Origin: an uncultured Verrucomicrobiae bacterium
Lineage (GTDB): Bacteria > Verrucomicrobiota > Verrucomicrobiia > Limisphaerales > UBA11358
Reading direction: 5' to 3'
Length of the DNA: 64,000 bases
Assembly (NCBI GenBank): GCA_963827205.1
Contig: CAWHAH010000002.1
Location: forward strand, 263,711-327,710
In this document: positions 47,044 to 56,480 of the stretch, piece by piece
Layout: every line of letters starts with the position of its first letter
Position numbering within the stretch: position 1 is the first letter of the stretch
Program-made: the position numbers and the translations under genes
Notes under the pieces: generated by a model
Told to the model about the DNA's origin: nothing
Seen by the model: the letters and a program-made list of their open reading frames with translations, nothing else
Database searches by the model: none

Positions 47044-47194
47044 GGTGATTGAATAACACATTTTCCGGCGGTTTGCACGGTAAATTCGATAGTCATCGCG
47101 AGCAGGCGGCATCGGAGCAGGCTGCCCCAAGTGCGGGTGTAGCGGCTTTCGGCAGAAAGCCGCATTTCTATCGGCGGCGCTCTGCCGAGACGCC

Positions 47195-47650
47195 GCTACG
47201 CCAGAAATCGCGCATCGGCGACAGCATCACGGACGGCGCGTATGCGGCCATGATGAACGCCATCCGCCATGACGAAATGCCAAGTTTCTATTTCCTGCAC
47301 CCGCCTTCGTACCTGTCACCCGTCACGCGTCACGTGTCACCCCGACTTGGCTGGGTCGGTTGCAACTCTCCGTAAAAAACAACACGGGGCAGGTTGCTTT
47401 GAATCGCGTCCCCGCGGATGCGCGGATTGAAGTGGTGCGGACGATTGGGCCGCAGGGTGGCGCAGCCGTCCCGGCTGCTTCTGTGAATTTATCGGCGGGC
47501 AGGCGAGACGCCTGCGCTACGGTAATTGCCCCGCCGGAAGAAGTCCGCGAGCGATTCAAGCGCGTGAAGCCGCTCGGCGAAATCAAAGCCAAAGAACGGG
47601 GCTGGACGCTGGATGTGCTGAACATCGTGCGGCGGCTGGTGGAGGAAAAG
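47195..47650 (+). pseudogene. dpnI-like pseudogene copy (about aa 66-215), frameshifted and repeat-invaded
   Basis: KSRIGDSITDGAYAAMMNAIRHDEMPSFYF, then a GTCACC hairpin, GWVGCN, LNRVPADARIEVVRT, a REP at 47446..47522, then VIAPPEEVRERFKRVKPLGEIKAKERGWTLDVLNIVRRL. Confidence 0.85.
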
Positions 47651-47938
47651 CGCGCCAGCGCCTTGGAGTGCAGTGGCACGACACCGCTTTCCCTCTGGAT
47701 CATCTGCCTGAAACAGCCCCGCCCTTGCGCGCAAGAGCGGGGCGGAATATGCCGCTCCTGACGGAGCTTGAAACATTTGTTGGCGGGTGATTCTACAAAT
47801 ATGCCGCGCCGACGGCGCTTCCAATTCCATCTCCGCGTCTTTGCGCCCTTGCGTTAATTTCCCGGCCGGCGTCTGGCGATTGCCGCGATTCCCCTTTCGC
47901 GTGGTTCGCGTCCTTCGCGGTTGCTCACCCGGCGGCGG

Positions 47939-48340
47939 TTAGTGGTGACGTTTCTCGGTGATGGTCAGCGCCGGGTTCGAAACATCAACGCTCTGGACAA
48001 TCCCGTGGGCGTGCAGGCCGGTGGCAACATGCTTTTTGGTGGTTGACGTGGGGTTGGTGTTTTTCGAGTGCTTGACGGGATTGGGACCGGCGTCCCGGAT
48101 GTGAGTGGCCGTCAACACGCCATTGGCCTGCGTGTAGGCGATGCTGACGTGGTCGCCGGCCTTGATGTCGGCCAGCGTGGCGGACTTGTTGCCTTCCGCG
48201 GTGATTTTTGCGCCGGCGGCGATGGTGAAGGTCTGGGTTTCCGTGGCGTGCTTGCCGCCTGCCTGGGCCGAGAGCGTGACCGCCAGCAGCAGCGCGCCGG
48301 CAAGGGAAGCGGTTCGGGTTCGAAATCGTGATGTTTTCAT
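47939..48340 (-). CDS. Small secreted protein (DUF5666-like?)
   Basis: Signal peptide ...LAVTLSAQAGG. IKAGDHVSIAY motif. 133 aa. Confidence 0.62.
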   Translation of the reverse strand: MKTSRFRTRTASLAGALLLAVTLSAQAGGKHATETQTFTIAAGAKITAEGNKSATLADIKAGDHVSIAYTQANGVLTATHIRDAGPNPVKHSKNTNPTSTTKKHVATGLHAHGIVQSVDVSNPALTITEKRHH

Positions 48341-48449
48341 AGTTAATTTTTGTCTTATGTGCCCAACCTCTGTGGGCTTGCTTTATCAGACGCCGGGCGA
48401 AACGGTCTGGTTACGCAAAGTCCTTGCGGACGACTCCGGCGGATGGCGG

Positions 48450-48670
48450 CTGCCGGAGTTGGAGCCGGGCCATCCGGCCAGTGATTATTCCTGCCCCCAT
48501 TGCAGATTCTGGTATCAACTCAAAAGCCGGAAATCGCGCATCGGCGACAGCATCACGGACGGCGCGTATGCGGCGATGATGAACGCCATCCGCCACGACG
48601 AGTTGCAGGTCTAGCGCGACGCGGGATTATTGATGCATCTCAGTCGTGGCGAATGGCGATTGCCATGAGA
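48450..48670 (+). pseudogene. Internally deleted dpnI-like copy (about aa 44-95 joined to aa 281-297)
   Basis: LPELEPGHPASDYSCPHCRFWYQLKSRKSRIGDSITDGAYAAMMNAIRHDE is joined directly to LQV*RDAGLLMHLSRGEWRLP. Confidence 0.8.
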
Positions 48671-48705
48671 AGTTCAGGTGCGTAAATTCCGCTGGTCAAA
48701 GCGGC

Positions 48706-49287
48706 ATGAATCCACCCCCTGAGATGATCGAGGCCTTGGGCCTTCTGTTTTATGGAAATAGCAAGCGGAACCCGGTTGAAGGTATTGCACTGTTCGTACT
48801 TTGTGTCATCGCTATTATCTGGCTGAACAAAGTTCTTGGTAAAGGCACACAAACGGAAGCGAACGTTTCTCCAAATCAAATTCCGAGAGAAAAACTCCCG
48901 TTGGCGAAAAGATTTTGGCGTTCTATTTTACAGATGATTGATTTTTTCTGTAGTATTTATTTTCGGTGGGGCTTTCGTCCGAATGATGAACCTTTTCGCA
49001 GGGCGACAAAATCAGAGAAACGTGTGGGCGGATGTTTTATGGCGTTGTTGCCCGCCTTTTTTGCTGTTGTCATGACCCACACCCAATCCTTTGATGCAAT
49101 GGTTGATTCAATGATGTATGGGCATGTTTGGATGGGGTGGTTCTATTTGGGGTTTATCGCAGTGGTTGGCGGTGGAGTTTGGTTTGCTATAAAAGTTGCG
49201 CCGAAAATTCCGTTGTACGTCTCGGTCCCGGTGGCAATGGTAACCTGGCCGATTCTAGCGTGGTTCTTGTGGAGGCATAATCCATGA
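48706..49287 (+). CDS. Membrane protein, unknown function
   Basis: ATG at 48706 within ORF 48646..49287. 4-5 TM segments. Low GC (~45%). Confidence 0.55.
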   Translation: MNPPPEMIEALGLLFYGNSKRNPVEGIALFVLCVIAIIWLNKVLGKGTQTEANVSPNQIPREKLPLAKRFWRSILQMIDFFCSIYFRWGFRPNDEPFRRATKSEKRVGGCFMALLPAFFAVVMTHTQSFDAMVDSMMYGHVWMGWFYLGFIAVVGGGVWFAIKVAPKIPLYVSVPVAMVTWPILAWFLWRHNP

Positions 49288-49334
49288 ATCTTACGCGCGG
49301 TGGCATTACGGCTGCACGCCGGACCAGGCATCCG

Positions 49335-49975
49335 ACGTCTGCCGTAGCTGGAACCGGGGCATCCGGCCAGTGATTATTCCTCCGATATACTCCGATGAAT
49401 CGCGAGCAGGCGGCATCGGAGCAGGCTGCCCCAACTTCCGCCTTCATTTGACTCCTGCCGTCGCCGTGCTTCCGCCTCCATCGGATTTCCGTCTTCGCCG
49501 TGCTCCCGTCTTCACTGAGTTACGCCGCGGCAAGTCGCCGAGACAAGTCGGCGCGGCAAGGCGGTTTCGGGGAGCGCGACCGTCGCGGTCGCTGTTTGGA
49601 ACGTCCCGTTACGAACATTCCCCGGAGCGTCCGGCGCGACGCCGTCCGCAGCGTGCGGGACCGGACTTCGCTCGGAAGCTACGACCCGGCAGGCGCACGC
49701 GCTCCCCATTTCACCCGCGAACTGGAAGAACTCCATCCTGATAACCCCGTAAATAACACGGGGCGTAAAACACGGGGCAGGCCCCGTAAATAACACGGGG
49801 CAGGCCCCGTAAAATAACACGGGGCAGGAATCCGCCAGCAACTCCCGCCGTCGCTCCCACCTTCGTTTCACTCCGCCGCGGCAAGTCGCTATGGCGCGGC
49901 ACGTCAGGTTTTCCGCGATGCCGGATTGCTGCTTCACGTCGAGCGCGGCGTCTGGCGCTTGACGCAGGCCTCAAT
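49335..49975 (+). pseudogene. dpnI-like remnants (aa ~45-55, then aa ~255-297) separated by a REP cluster
   Basis: LEPGHPASDYS at 49335..49372. Then FTRELEELHPDNP, a hairpin array at 49745..49828, IRQQL, a REP, and FRDAGLLLHVERGVWRL. Confidence 0.7.
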
Positions 49976-50004
49976 TTTCATCGCCGGACCTTCAACCATT
50001 TTGG

Positions 50005-50433
50005 CTAGTCCCGTTGCAGAACGAAGTGACGAGCGCCCGGCGCATCGAAACTGGAGGGCACATCGGAAGTGCCAGGCTCGTACCCGGCAATGGTCAACGT
50101 GTCTCCGTTCAACTGATAGATTCCGCAAGCGGCTTTCCCAATGTATTCGCGCTGGTGACATTGAGTAATGGTGCCAACTATCTGCCGCGGATTTGTATCT
50201 TCCCGGACGGTGAAGGTTCCTCGACACCAATCGTCATTGTTGGCTCCCTGGAACTCAACCGTATTCCCGGAGAAGATGAAGTAACGCGTTCCTCCGGCGT
50301 TGCTGCCAATTTCCTGGCCTTTCCACGTTCCTTGAAGCGACGCCGCCTCTGATTGATGCAGCGTGGCGCATCCCGAAGTCCAAAACAACGCCCCGAGAGA
50401 AACCACGCCCAGGATGACTCTGGTTATTTTCAT
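50005..50433 (-). CDS. Lipoprotein, lipocalin-like (TIGR03067-like?)
   Basis: ATG at 50433. MKITRVILGVVSLGALFWTSGCA lipobox. LQGTWKGQEI...GIYQLNGDTLTIA pattern. Confidence 0.68.
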   Translation of the reverse strand: MKITRVILGVVSLGALFWTSGCATLHQSEAASLQGTWKGQEIGSNAGGTRYFIFSGNTVEFQGANNDDWCRGTFTVREDTNPRQIVGTITQCHQREYIGKAACGIYQLNGDTLTIAGYEPGTSDVPSSFDAPGARHFVLQRD

Positions 50434-50899
50434 AGTTTTCCTTTCGTTTTTGATTCGACAGGGGCAACAACTGATTGTCACGTCTAAAAATGGGCCTGGC
50501 GGGCGGGGCATCCGGTACTCGAAGGCTGAGGGCTGCCCGTCCTCCGCAGTAGCCCTGCTACGGAGGGTGGAAAGGCTAAAGGCTAAAGTGAAAATCCGCC
50601 AGCAACTCCAAGCCCTTCCGCCTTAATCTGGTTTCCGTCTCCGCGTGGCTCCGACGCGACGAGTCGGCGCGACAAGGCAGGTTCGGGGAGCGCAACCGTC
50701 GCGGTCGCCGTCCCGCCGTGCTCGCGCCCGTCGCGGCAGGTCGGAACGTCCCGTTACGAACATCCTTCCGTAAAAGCGTCCGGCGCGACGCCGAACGCAG
50801 CGTGCGGGACCGGACTTCGCTCGGAAGCTACGACCCGGCAGGCGCACGCGCTCCCCATTTCACCCGCGAACTGGAAAAGCTCCATCCCGATAACCCCTT

Positions 50900-50923
50900 A
50901 AAAAAACACGGGGCAGGCCCCGT
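50900..50923 (-). terminator. Terminator-like hairpin (minus-strand reading)
   Basis: Minus strand reads ACGGGGCCTGCCCCGT followed by GTTTTTTT. Embedded in a dpnI fragment. Confidence 0.35.
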
Positions 50924-51214
50924 AAATAACACGGGGCAGGAATCCGCCAGCAACTTCAAGTCCTTTCGCCTTAATCTGGTTTCCGTCTCCGCGTGGCTCC
51001 GACGCGACGAGTCGGCGCGACAAGGCAGGTTCGGGGAGCGCGACCGTCGCGGTCGCCGTCCCGCCGTGCTCGCGCCCGTCGCGGCAGGTCGGAACGTCCC
51101 GTTACGAACATCCTTCCGTAAAAGCGTCCGGCGCGACGCCGAACGCAGCGCGCGGGACGCACGCGCTCCCCATTTCACCCGCGAACTGGAAAAGCTCCAT
51201 CCCGATAACCCCGT

Positions 51215-51238
51215 AAAAAAACACGGGGCAGGCCCCGT
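51215..51238 (-). terminator. Terminator-like hairpin (minus-strand reading), ~310 nt downstream of the gene ending at 51548
   Basis: Same ACGGGGCCTGCCCCGT plus T7 module as at 50900. Confidence 0.38.
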
Positions 51239-51547
51239 AAATAATAGAGTTCCACGGGGCTGGCCGGCCGTGGTGAATGGAGATTGCCGTGAGTTGTCTG
51301 GTGGTAGGGCGGTGCTGCTGCGCCGCCTTGTAGATGGGCTGCGGAGCACCGCAGCCCTACCGTTGATTGCACATCGAGCGCGGCGTCTGGCGCTTGCCGT
51401 CGGGGCGCGGGCTGCCGGCCCGCGAGTTAAAAGAAAAACGCGGACAAGCTGTCCGCGCTCCGAAATGAGTGATAATTGGCGTCATGCGCGGATAAAAAAG
51501 TCGCGGCTGCCGTGACCCTCAACTCTCAACCCTCAACCTTCAACCAA

Positions 51548-52177
51548 TCAGTTCGGGGCAATGACATGGACCGCGTTTGAGGTCACCTCCACATCCAAGC
51601 CCGCATAGATGCTCCCGGCGGAAACCTCGCCGCCCGGATAGGTCTTTAATCTCTCCATTTGCGCCTGGAGCGCCGCAAGATTGTAGAATTTTCGCTCCAC
51701 AACGAGCCGTTCAGCCACGTCCCGGCGCAGACGGTTTTCGAGGAGGGCATAGTCGTTATTGGCCTGCGCCAGATTGGTCTCGGTCGAGGCGATTTGACTC
51801 GTGAGGCCGGCCATCTGGTTGGTCAAAGCCATCACGCGCCGGCTTAAAGTTTGATTCTCCGATTCCGCCCCCGCGACCTGCCGGGTCAGGTGGGTGATTT
51901 GTTCCGTGTCGCGAGCAATGGTGGATTCGGTTTCGGTCAGCAGGTTTGAAAGCGTCAATGACGCAGATTGGTAAACGTCGAGGCGGTTGGACAGTGTGAG
52001 CATCGTTCGGTTGCAGAGGACGATTTGCAACTGCGCCACGTCCAACCGGTTCGAAAAATCGGCAATCACGCCGGCATCATTCTCATGCTGCGCACTGTCA
52101 CCCCGCTTCACCATGACCAGGGCGATGACCAACGCGGCGCAGGCCAACACGAGGGCTACAGGCAAATATTGTTTCAT
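51548..52177 (-). CDS. Membrane-anchored coiled-coil protein
   Basis: ATG at 52177. MKQYLPVALVLACAALVIALVMV anchor followed by a long heptad region. Confidence 0.65.
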   Translation of the reverse strand: MKQYLPVALVLACAALVIALVMVKRGDSAQHENDAGVIADFSNRLDVAQLQIVLCNRTMLTLSNRLDVYQSASLTLSNLLTETESTIARDTEQITHLTRQVAGAESENQTLSRRVMALTNQMAGLTSQIASTETNLAQANNDYALLENRLRRDVAERLVVERKFYNLAALQAQMERLKTYPGGEVSAGSIYAGLDVEVTSNAVHVIAPN

Positions 52178-52354
52178 ACGGCGAGCAGCGCGCTCAAATG
52201 AAATTCGCGTCCGCTCATCGTCGAAAACTTCGCAAAGGCGAAACCGGTTGGACAAGAATGGATTTGTTACGATTCCGTTACACCCGGATACAGCGTTCAT
52301 GGCGCCAGTGCACACGAATTGAATTGCAGGGTTGGCGGGATTGAATTCAAGGGA

Positions 52355-52400
52355 GAAAGCGCGGCTGGACGCAAAACGGGCTGAACATTGTGAGATGACT
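52355..52400 (+). pseudogene. Short dpnI-like fragment (about aa 204-217)
   Basis: RKRGWTQNGLNIVR* compares with KERGWTLDVLNIVRRL at 47591..47640. Confidence 0.45.
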
Positions 52401-52630
52401 TTGCGAGGCAGGGACGCCTCGCCGAGACTGTCTCAAAACTTGTAGCAGCGGACGTGAGTCCGCTCCAATCTTATGCGAATCCCAAGAAAAGTGAGCCGGC
52501 TTACGCCGGCTGCTACGACAAGGGAGGGTTTTGAGACAGCCTCCGCCAAGGCGTCCGTGGTCATCGTGTTGAAACAGCTCCACCGGAGCGGAATCTTTGC
52601 AGCGTCCGAACCCCAAAGGTTTCGGTCGGT

Positions 52631-54103
52631 TCACGCCTCCGCTTTTTCCTGAGTGGAGCGCTTGGGGCTGGTGATGACGAGGACCAGTCCGATCCAAAGC
52701 AGCAGGGCCAGCGTGAGCGCCGGAATGAGCCACATCGGAAACAACCGGGACATTTCGGCGGGGCCAATTCCCTGCAGGCAGGCCGCCCACGCCTCGAGAC
52801 GGCAATTCAATAGCAACAGGATTATTCCCCAAACCGCAGCCATATGCCCCGCGACGGTGTGCACCACGGTCACTCCGGTTTTGCGGCGAACCTGGAGGAA
52901 ATGCGAGCCGCCGAGTGCGACCATCGTGGCCGTGATGATGGCGGCGGACACGACGTCATGCGCGCGCCACGCGAGATCAATCAGCCACCCAAAACACGCC
53001 AGGTACAAGCCCACGATCACAACGAGACTACGACCGGCGGTCAGCGGTTTCCGGACCGGTGGCGGTGCGTCGGCGGCTGCCCCAGGCTGTCGGCGGATGG
53101 CGAGGATGCGCCGGAACATCACAATGCACAACGTGGCGACGACCACGGCATAAAACCACCAAAAACCCGCCAGCACGGCAAAAAGCGTGTGGTCGTTCCA
53201 CGCCCAATGCCGGCCCAACGCCCGCAGGCCCAGTTGCCCGCCAATGCACCAGGCCAGCACAAAAACCCACAGGCTGAGGAACGCAATCTTTTTGATCCGG
53301 CGTTCGGCGGCCGTAGGCGCGGCCCGGAAAATCATCCAATGGGCCAGCATGCCGCCCAGGATTCCGATAATCGGCGCCAGCCACGCCCCCCAAAAACCCC
53401 ATTTGGCCGCGGCGGCGCCCTTGCCGGCCAGGCCGACCCCAACCGCGGCGGCCGGGGCGGCGGGCAACGCCGCGAGGACCGCACCCGAAAACGCCGGGCT
53501 CGGCGCCGTCCGGCGCAAGGCGCTTTCCACGAATACCTGCACTTCCTCCTGCAACAGTTTGCGGCCGCGCGACAGCCGCTGTTTGACGGCGTCTTCGGAC
53601 AATTCCAACGCCGCCGCCACGTGTTCGATGGATTGGTGCTCGCGATAAAACAGGATGAGTGGTTCGCGATAAAGCTCGGGGATTCTTTCCAGCGAGCGCC
53701 ATAAAATCGCCGCCTCCTCCCGACTGATGGTTTGTTCGGACGGCAGCGCCTCCCGCGCCGGCGAGTCATGCACGACTTCGAGCGGCTCGGCGTCGTGCGC
53801 GGGTTCGCGGCCCTCCCGTTGCAGGCTTTTGTGAATCCGGTTGCGGACAATGCCGCACAACCAGGCGCGGAGTTTGTCCGGCTCGCGCAAAAGCCGGAGG
53901 TGTTTCCAAGCGGTAATGAACGTTTCCTGCGCCACATCCTCGCTCTGGCCGAGATGGCCGATGCGGCTGTAGGCCAGCGAACAAATCAATATTTGATAGC
54001 GCGAGACAATGCGGCTGAAGGCGTCCCGGTCGCCAGCCAGGGTGCGTGAGACCAGTTCCGCATCGCTGTATTCCGCTGCTGCCATGGTTTCGTTTGTCAT
54101 CAT
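52631..54103 (-). CDS. ECF-type sigma-70 factor fused to a polytopic membrane domain
   Basis: ATG at 54103. Region 2 EDVAQETFITAWKHL. Region 4 QSIEHVAAALELSEDAVKQRLSRGRKLL. Then about 7 TM segments over 290 aa. Confidence 0.88.
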   Translation of the reverse strand: MMTNETMAAAEYSDAELVSRTLAGDRDAFSRIVSRYQILICSLAYSRIGHLGQSEDVAQETFITAWKHLRLLREPDKLRAWLCGIVRNRIHKSLQREGREPAHDAEPLEVVHDSPAREALPSEQTISREEAAILWRSLERIPELYREPLILFYREHQSIEHVAAALELSEDAVKQRLSRGRKLLQEEVQVFVESALRRTAPSPAFSGAVLAALPAAPAAAVGVGLAGKGAAAAKWGFWGAWLAPIIGILGGMLAHWMIFRAAPTAAERRIKKIAFLSLWVFVLAWCIGGQLGLRALGRHWAWNDHTLFAVLAGFWWFYAVVVATLCIVMFRRILAIRRQPGAAADAPPPVRKPLTAGRSLVVIVGLYLACFGWLIDLAWRAHDVVSAAIITATMVALGGSHFLQVRRKTGVTVVHTVAGHMAAVWGIILLLLNCRLEAWAACLQGIGPAEMSRLFPMWLIPALTLALLLWIGLVLVITSPKRSTQEKAEA

Positions 54104-54218
54104 ACTGCTAAAGATGTCCCTGCAAAGGGCAAAGAGGTGACAACAAATTTCGTCTGGTTGCCGGGACTCCCAACGGTCAACTGCTTCGCGGCCTCCGGCG
54201 GCTGGCGTGAGTGGTTTT

Positions 54219-54288
54219 ACAGAAGGGAACCAAGGGAACCAAGGTGGTAAACGGCTTCGATTGCTACGTTTGCTCCGTTTGCTTCGGT
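54219..54288. repeat. MITE-like AACAGAAG family, diverged copy 4
   Basis: ACAGAAGGGAACCAAGGGAACCAAGG ... CGTTTGCTCCGTTTGCTTCGGT. Confidence 0.6.
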
Positions 54289-54419
54289 CAGGCTTCCTCC
54301 GGGCGGCGTCACCGCCGCCGCGGTCCCCAAACGGCCGCCGGGGCGACGGGTTGCGAAAGGGGAAAAGAAATTTGCGATTTGTCGTGGTGGTGCGCGGGAG
54401 TCTGTTAAGCTGTCCGCCC

Positions 54420-54707
54420 ATGAACATACTCATCGAAAATCACGACACCCTGGAATATCTGGCCCAAGCCGGGCAGTGGACGAAAAATCCGCTCGAAGGC
54501 AAACGTTTTCCGGCAACGGTAACTGCGTTCCGCGAGGCGAAGCTTGAAGCCATCGGCAAATTCAACATCGTCTGTCACATTCCCGGAACGAACCAGTTCG
54601 TCAACCTGGATCATGGACGCGGCAAGGGGCTGCCGGCGGTCAGCCCGCCGCAGGCTCCGTCCGGAACGGGAGCTTTGCAGCAACCGGATGGCAGCCGCTC
54701 ACCTTAA
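54420..54707 (+). CDS. Small hypothetical protein
   Basis: ATG at 54420 ([20 protein letters not shown]...), 95 aa. Its 3' end overlaps the infA 3' end by 9 nt. Confidence 0.4.
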   Translation: MNILIENHDTLEYLAQAGQWTKNPLEGKRFPATVTAFREAKLEAIGKFNIVCHIPGTNQFVNLDHGRGKGLPAVSPPQAPSGTGALQQPDGSRSP

Positions 54708-54914
54708 ACGCCAGACGATGCGCGCCTTGTCCAAATCGTAGGGAGACATCTCCATTTTCACGCGGTCGCCAACCGTCAATCGCACGAAGCGTTTGCGCAT
54801 CTTGCCGCAGATGGTGGCCAGCACCAGATGTTTGTTGTCGAGTTCGACGCGGAACATGGTGCCGGGCAGAACAACCTTCACACGGCCTTCCACTTCGATG
54901 TGTTCTTCTTTCAT
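54699..54914 (-). CDS. infA: Translation initiation factor IF-1
   Basis: [71 protein letters not shown], an S1-like IF-1 consensus. Confidence 0.95.
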   Translation of the reverse strand: MKEEHIEVEGRVKVVLPGTMFRVELDNKHLVLATICGKMRKRFVRLTVGDRVKMEMSPYDLDKARIVWRLR

Positions 54915-54986
54915 GGGATGACGGGCAATCAAACGGTGGCATCCGGTTCATCCGAACCTCGCCGTGAGGTTGCGGCGCGATGATGA

Positions 54987-55283
54987 CTAACGGCTGCGAT
55001 TGCCGCCGCGATCACCGCCGCCGCCGGCGCGTTCTTCGCGCGGCCGGGCGACGTTGACGGTGAGGGCGCGTCCCTTCAATTCCTTCCCGTTCAGGGCGGC
55101 GATGGCTTTCTGCCCTTCCTCGTCGGTGCTCATGGTCACAAAACCAAAGCCGCGCGGGCGATGGGTGGTGCGGTCCATCACCAGGCTGGCTTCGGTGACC
55201 GTGCCGTGCGCGGCGAACGCGTCGTGCAGGTCCTGTTCGGTGACATCGAAAGAAAGATTGCCGACGTATAATTTATTGCTCAT
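54987..55283 (-). CDS. RRM-type RNA-binding protein with Gly/Arg tail
   Basis: RNP2 LYVGNL, RNP1 RGFGFVTM, C-terminal [12 protein letters not shown]. Confidence 0.93.
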   Translation of the reverse strand: MSNKLYVGNLSFDVTEQDLHDAFAAHGTVTEASLVMDRTTHRPRGFGFVTMSTDEEGQKAIAALNGKELKGRALTVNVARPREERAGGGGDRGGNRSR

Positions 55284-55565
55284 GTGATGTTGAATTGTCT
55301 GATTTAACCGCGCTTTCCCAGACTGTTCCCGGACATCGGGTTTAAAATCATCACTGAACCAAGTTCACCTGAGATTCCCAGGCTTTGAAAGAGACGAGCT
55401 ATTCTAGACACCGGCAGCATCGCCGGTTCCGGGACAATAGCAACCACCATCTGCAATTATTTTTTACCCGCCATCCATCTGGCGTTTTGCGGCGCCGACG
55501 GTCCGGCGTAAAGAATAGCCCCGCGCCGGCCCGGCGGAGATGAGTGAGGAACGGGAGCGACACCC

Positions 55566-55748
55566 TCAAGTGGGAGCGACTTTGAGAACGTGCGGCAGGA
55601 ATTCGTGGCTGAAGAGGTCCACCCACCTGCCTTCCCGGTCGCGAAAGGCCATGCCTTTGAAGCCATTGCATTGGACCAGCACCGGCACGCTCCCGACCGG
55701 CAAAGGCCCGAATTTGTCCAGTTTGAATTCCTGCGCTTTGTCCTGCAT
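55566..55748 (-). CDS. Doubtful small ORF
   Basis: 60 aa, no recognisable family. Confidence 0.25.
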   Translation of the reverse strand: MQDKAQEFKLDKFGPLPVGSVPVLVQCNGFKGMAFRDREGRWVDLFSHEFLPHVLKVAPT

Positions 55749-55871
55749 AGAGCATCCTGCACTCGAATCAGGAACCGCGCCCGCTTTATTCCAAGATATC
55801 TTCTCCGGGGAATGCCTGAACGATAAGGGGCATAACCGGTCTAATAAGCATCATGTCAACCAAAGGCGCTC

Positions 55872-56030
55872 ATGCTGGCAAATTATGTCGGTAAATTGCT
55901 GTTCCCGCGATTGCAGTCCTCACAATACGGACAGAAGTTCAAAGTCATCGCGGCCGCCATATTACTAGGCCTGGCGGTCGGCGGCATTGTGGCCTCGGTA
56001 ATGATCTGGCAAGGGGCCGTCGGCAAATAG
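55872..56030 (+). CDS. Possible 52-aa single-TM protein
   Basis: MLANYVGKLLFPRLQSSQYGQKFKVIAAAILLGLAVGGIVASVMIWQGAVGK. It is below the ORF-track length cutoff and was read by eye. Confidence 0.3.
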   Translation: MLANYVGKLLFPRLQSSQYGQKFKVIAAAILLGLAVGGIVASVMIWQGAVGK

Positions 56031-56049
56031 CGATTCCCAGGGAAAACCC

Positions 56050-56307
56050 ATGAACAACCCGAGACAAAAGTATTCCCTCTACCGGGATGACGATTTGGTC
56101 GCCTCGGATTTGCCATCCCTGCCCTCCATCATGGAATTCGTCCGGAACGATGCCCGGCGCGAACATGCCGGGGGGCGGCCGGCCCGCTATCTGATTACCG
56201 GCTCGCTCGGATTCAAGCGCGCGGGGAGTCATTCGAAGGGCCGGATGGTTTGGGACGGTCAAATGCCCGGTCTGCACGCGGCCCGCTCCGGCGCCTTCCG
56301 GCCTTGA
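56050..56307 (+). CDS. Doubtful small ORF
   Basis: 85 aa, no recognisable family. Confidence 0.25.
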   Translation: MNNPRQKYSLYRDDDLVASDLPSLPSIMEFVRNDARREHAGGRPARYLITGSLGFKRAGSHSKGRMVWDGQMPGLHAARSGAFRP

Positions 56308-56480
56308 GCGACCAACCCCAACCCGGCGGCGGGGTGCGTGCGGTTGAAATAAAACTTGCGCGAAACCGCATCCGGGCGGAAACTGCCTGCAACAAGCAAG
56401 ACCGATTAGAGTTCAACCATTGTCGGGAGCGGGTCGGAGGTTCTCCTTCAGTCTTCAAAAGAGAAAGTTAAAAGTTATCT

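Larger units (their letters stand above)
50593..51245. repeat. Tandem direct repeat, period ~348 bp, about 1.9 units
   Basis: AATCCGCCAGCAACT at 50593 and 50941. The units share the REP cluster and the dpnI 3' piece. The second unit lacks a 33-nt hairpin. Confidence 0.85.
50585..51400 (+). pseudogene. Tandemly duplicated 3' fragments of a dpnI-like gene
   Basis: KIRQQLQ at 50590. FTRELEKLHPDNP at 50855 and 51170. IRQQLQ at 50941. LLIAHIERGVWRL-type end at 51362..51400. Confidence 0.7.

Noticed and set aside
46255-51400. Diversity-generating retroelement (template/variable repeats) as an explanation for the repeated dpnI segments
   Set aside because: No reverse transcriptase is present in the window. 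Differences between copies are not adenine-specific, and the copies are truncated or frameshifted rather than variable in a defined tract.
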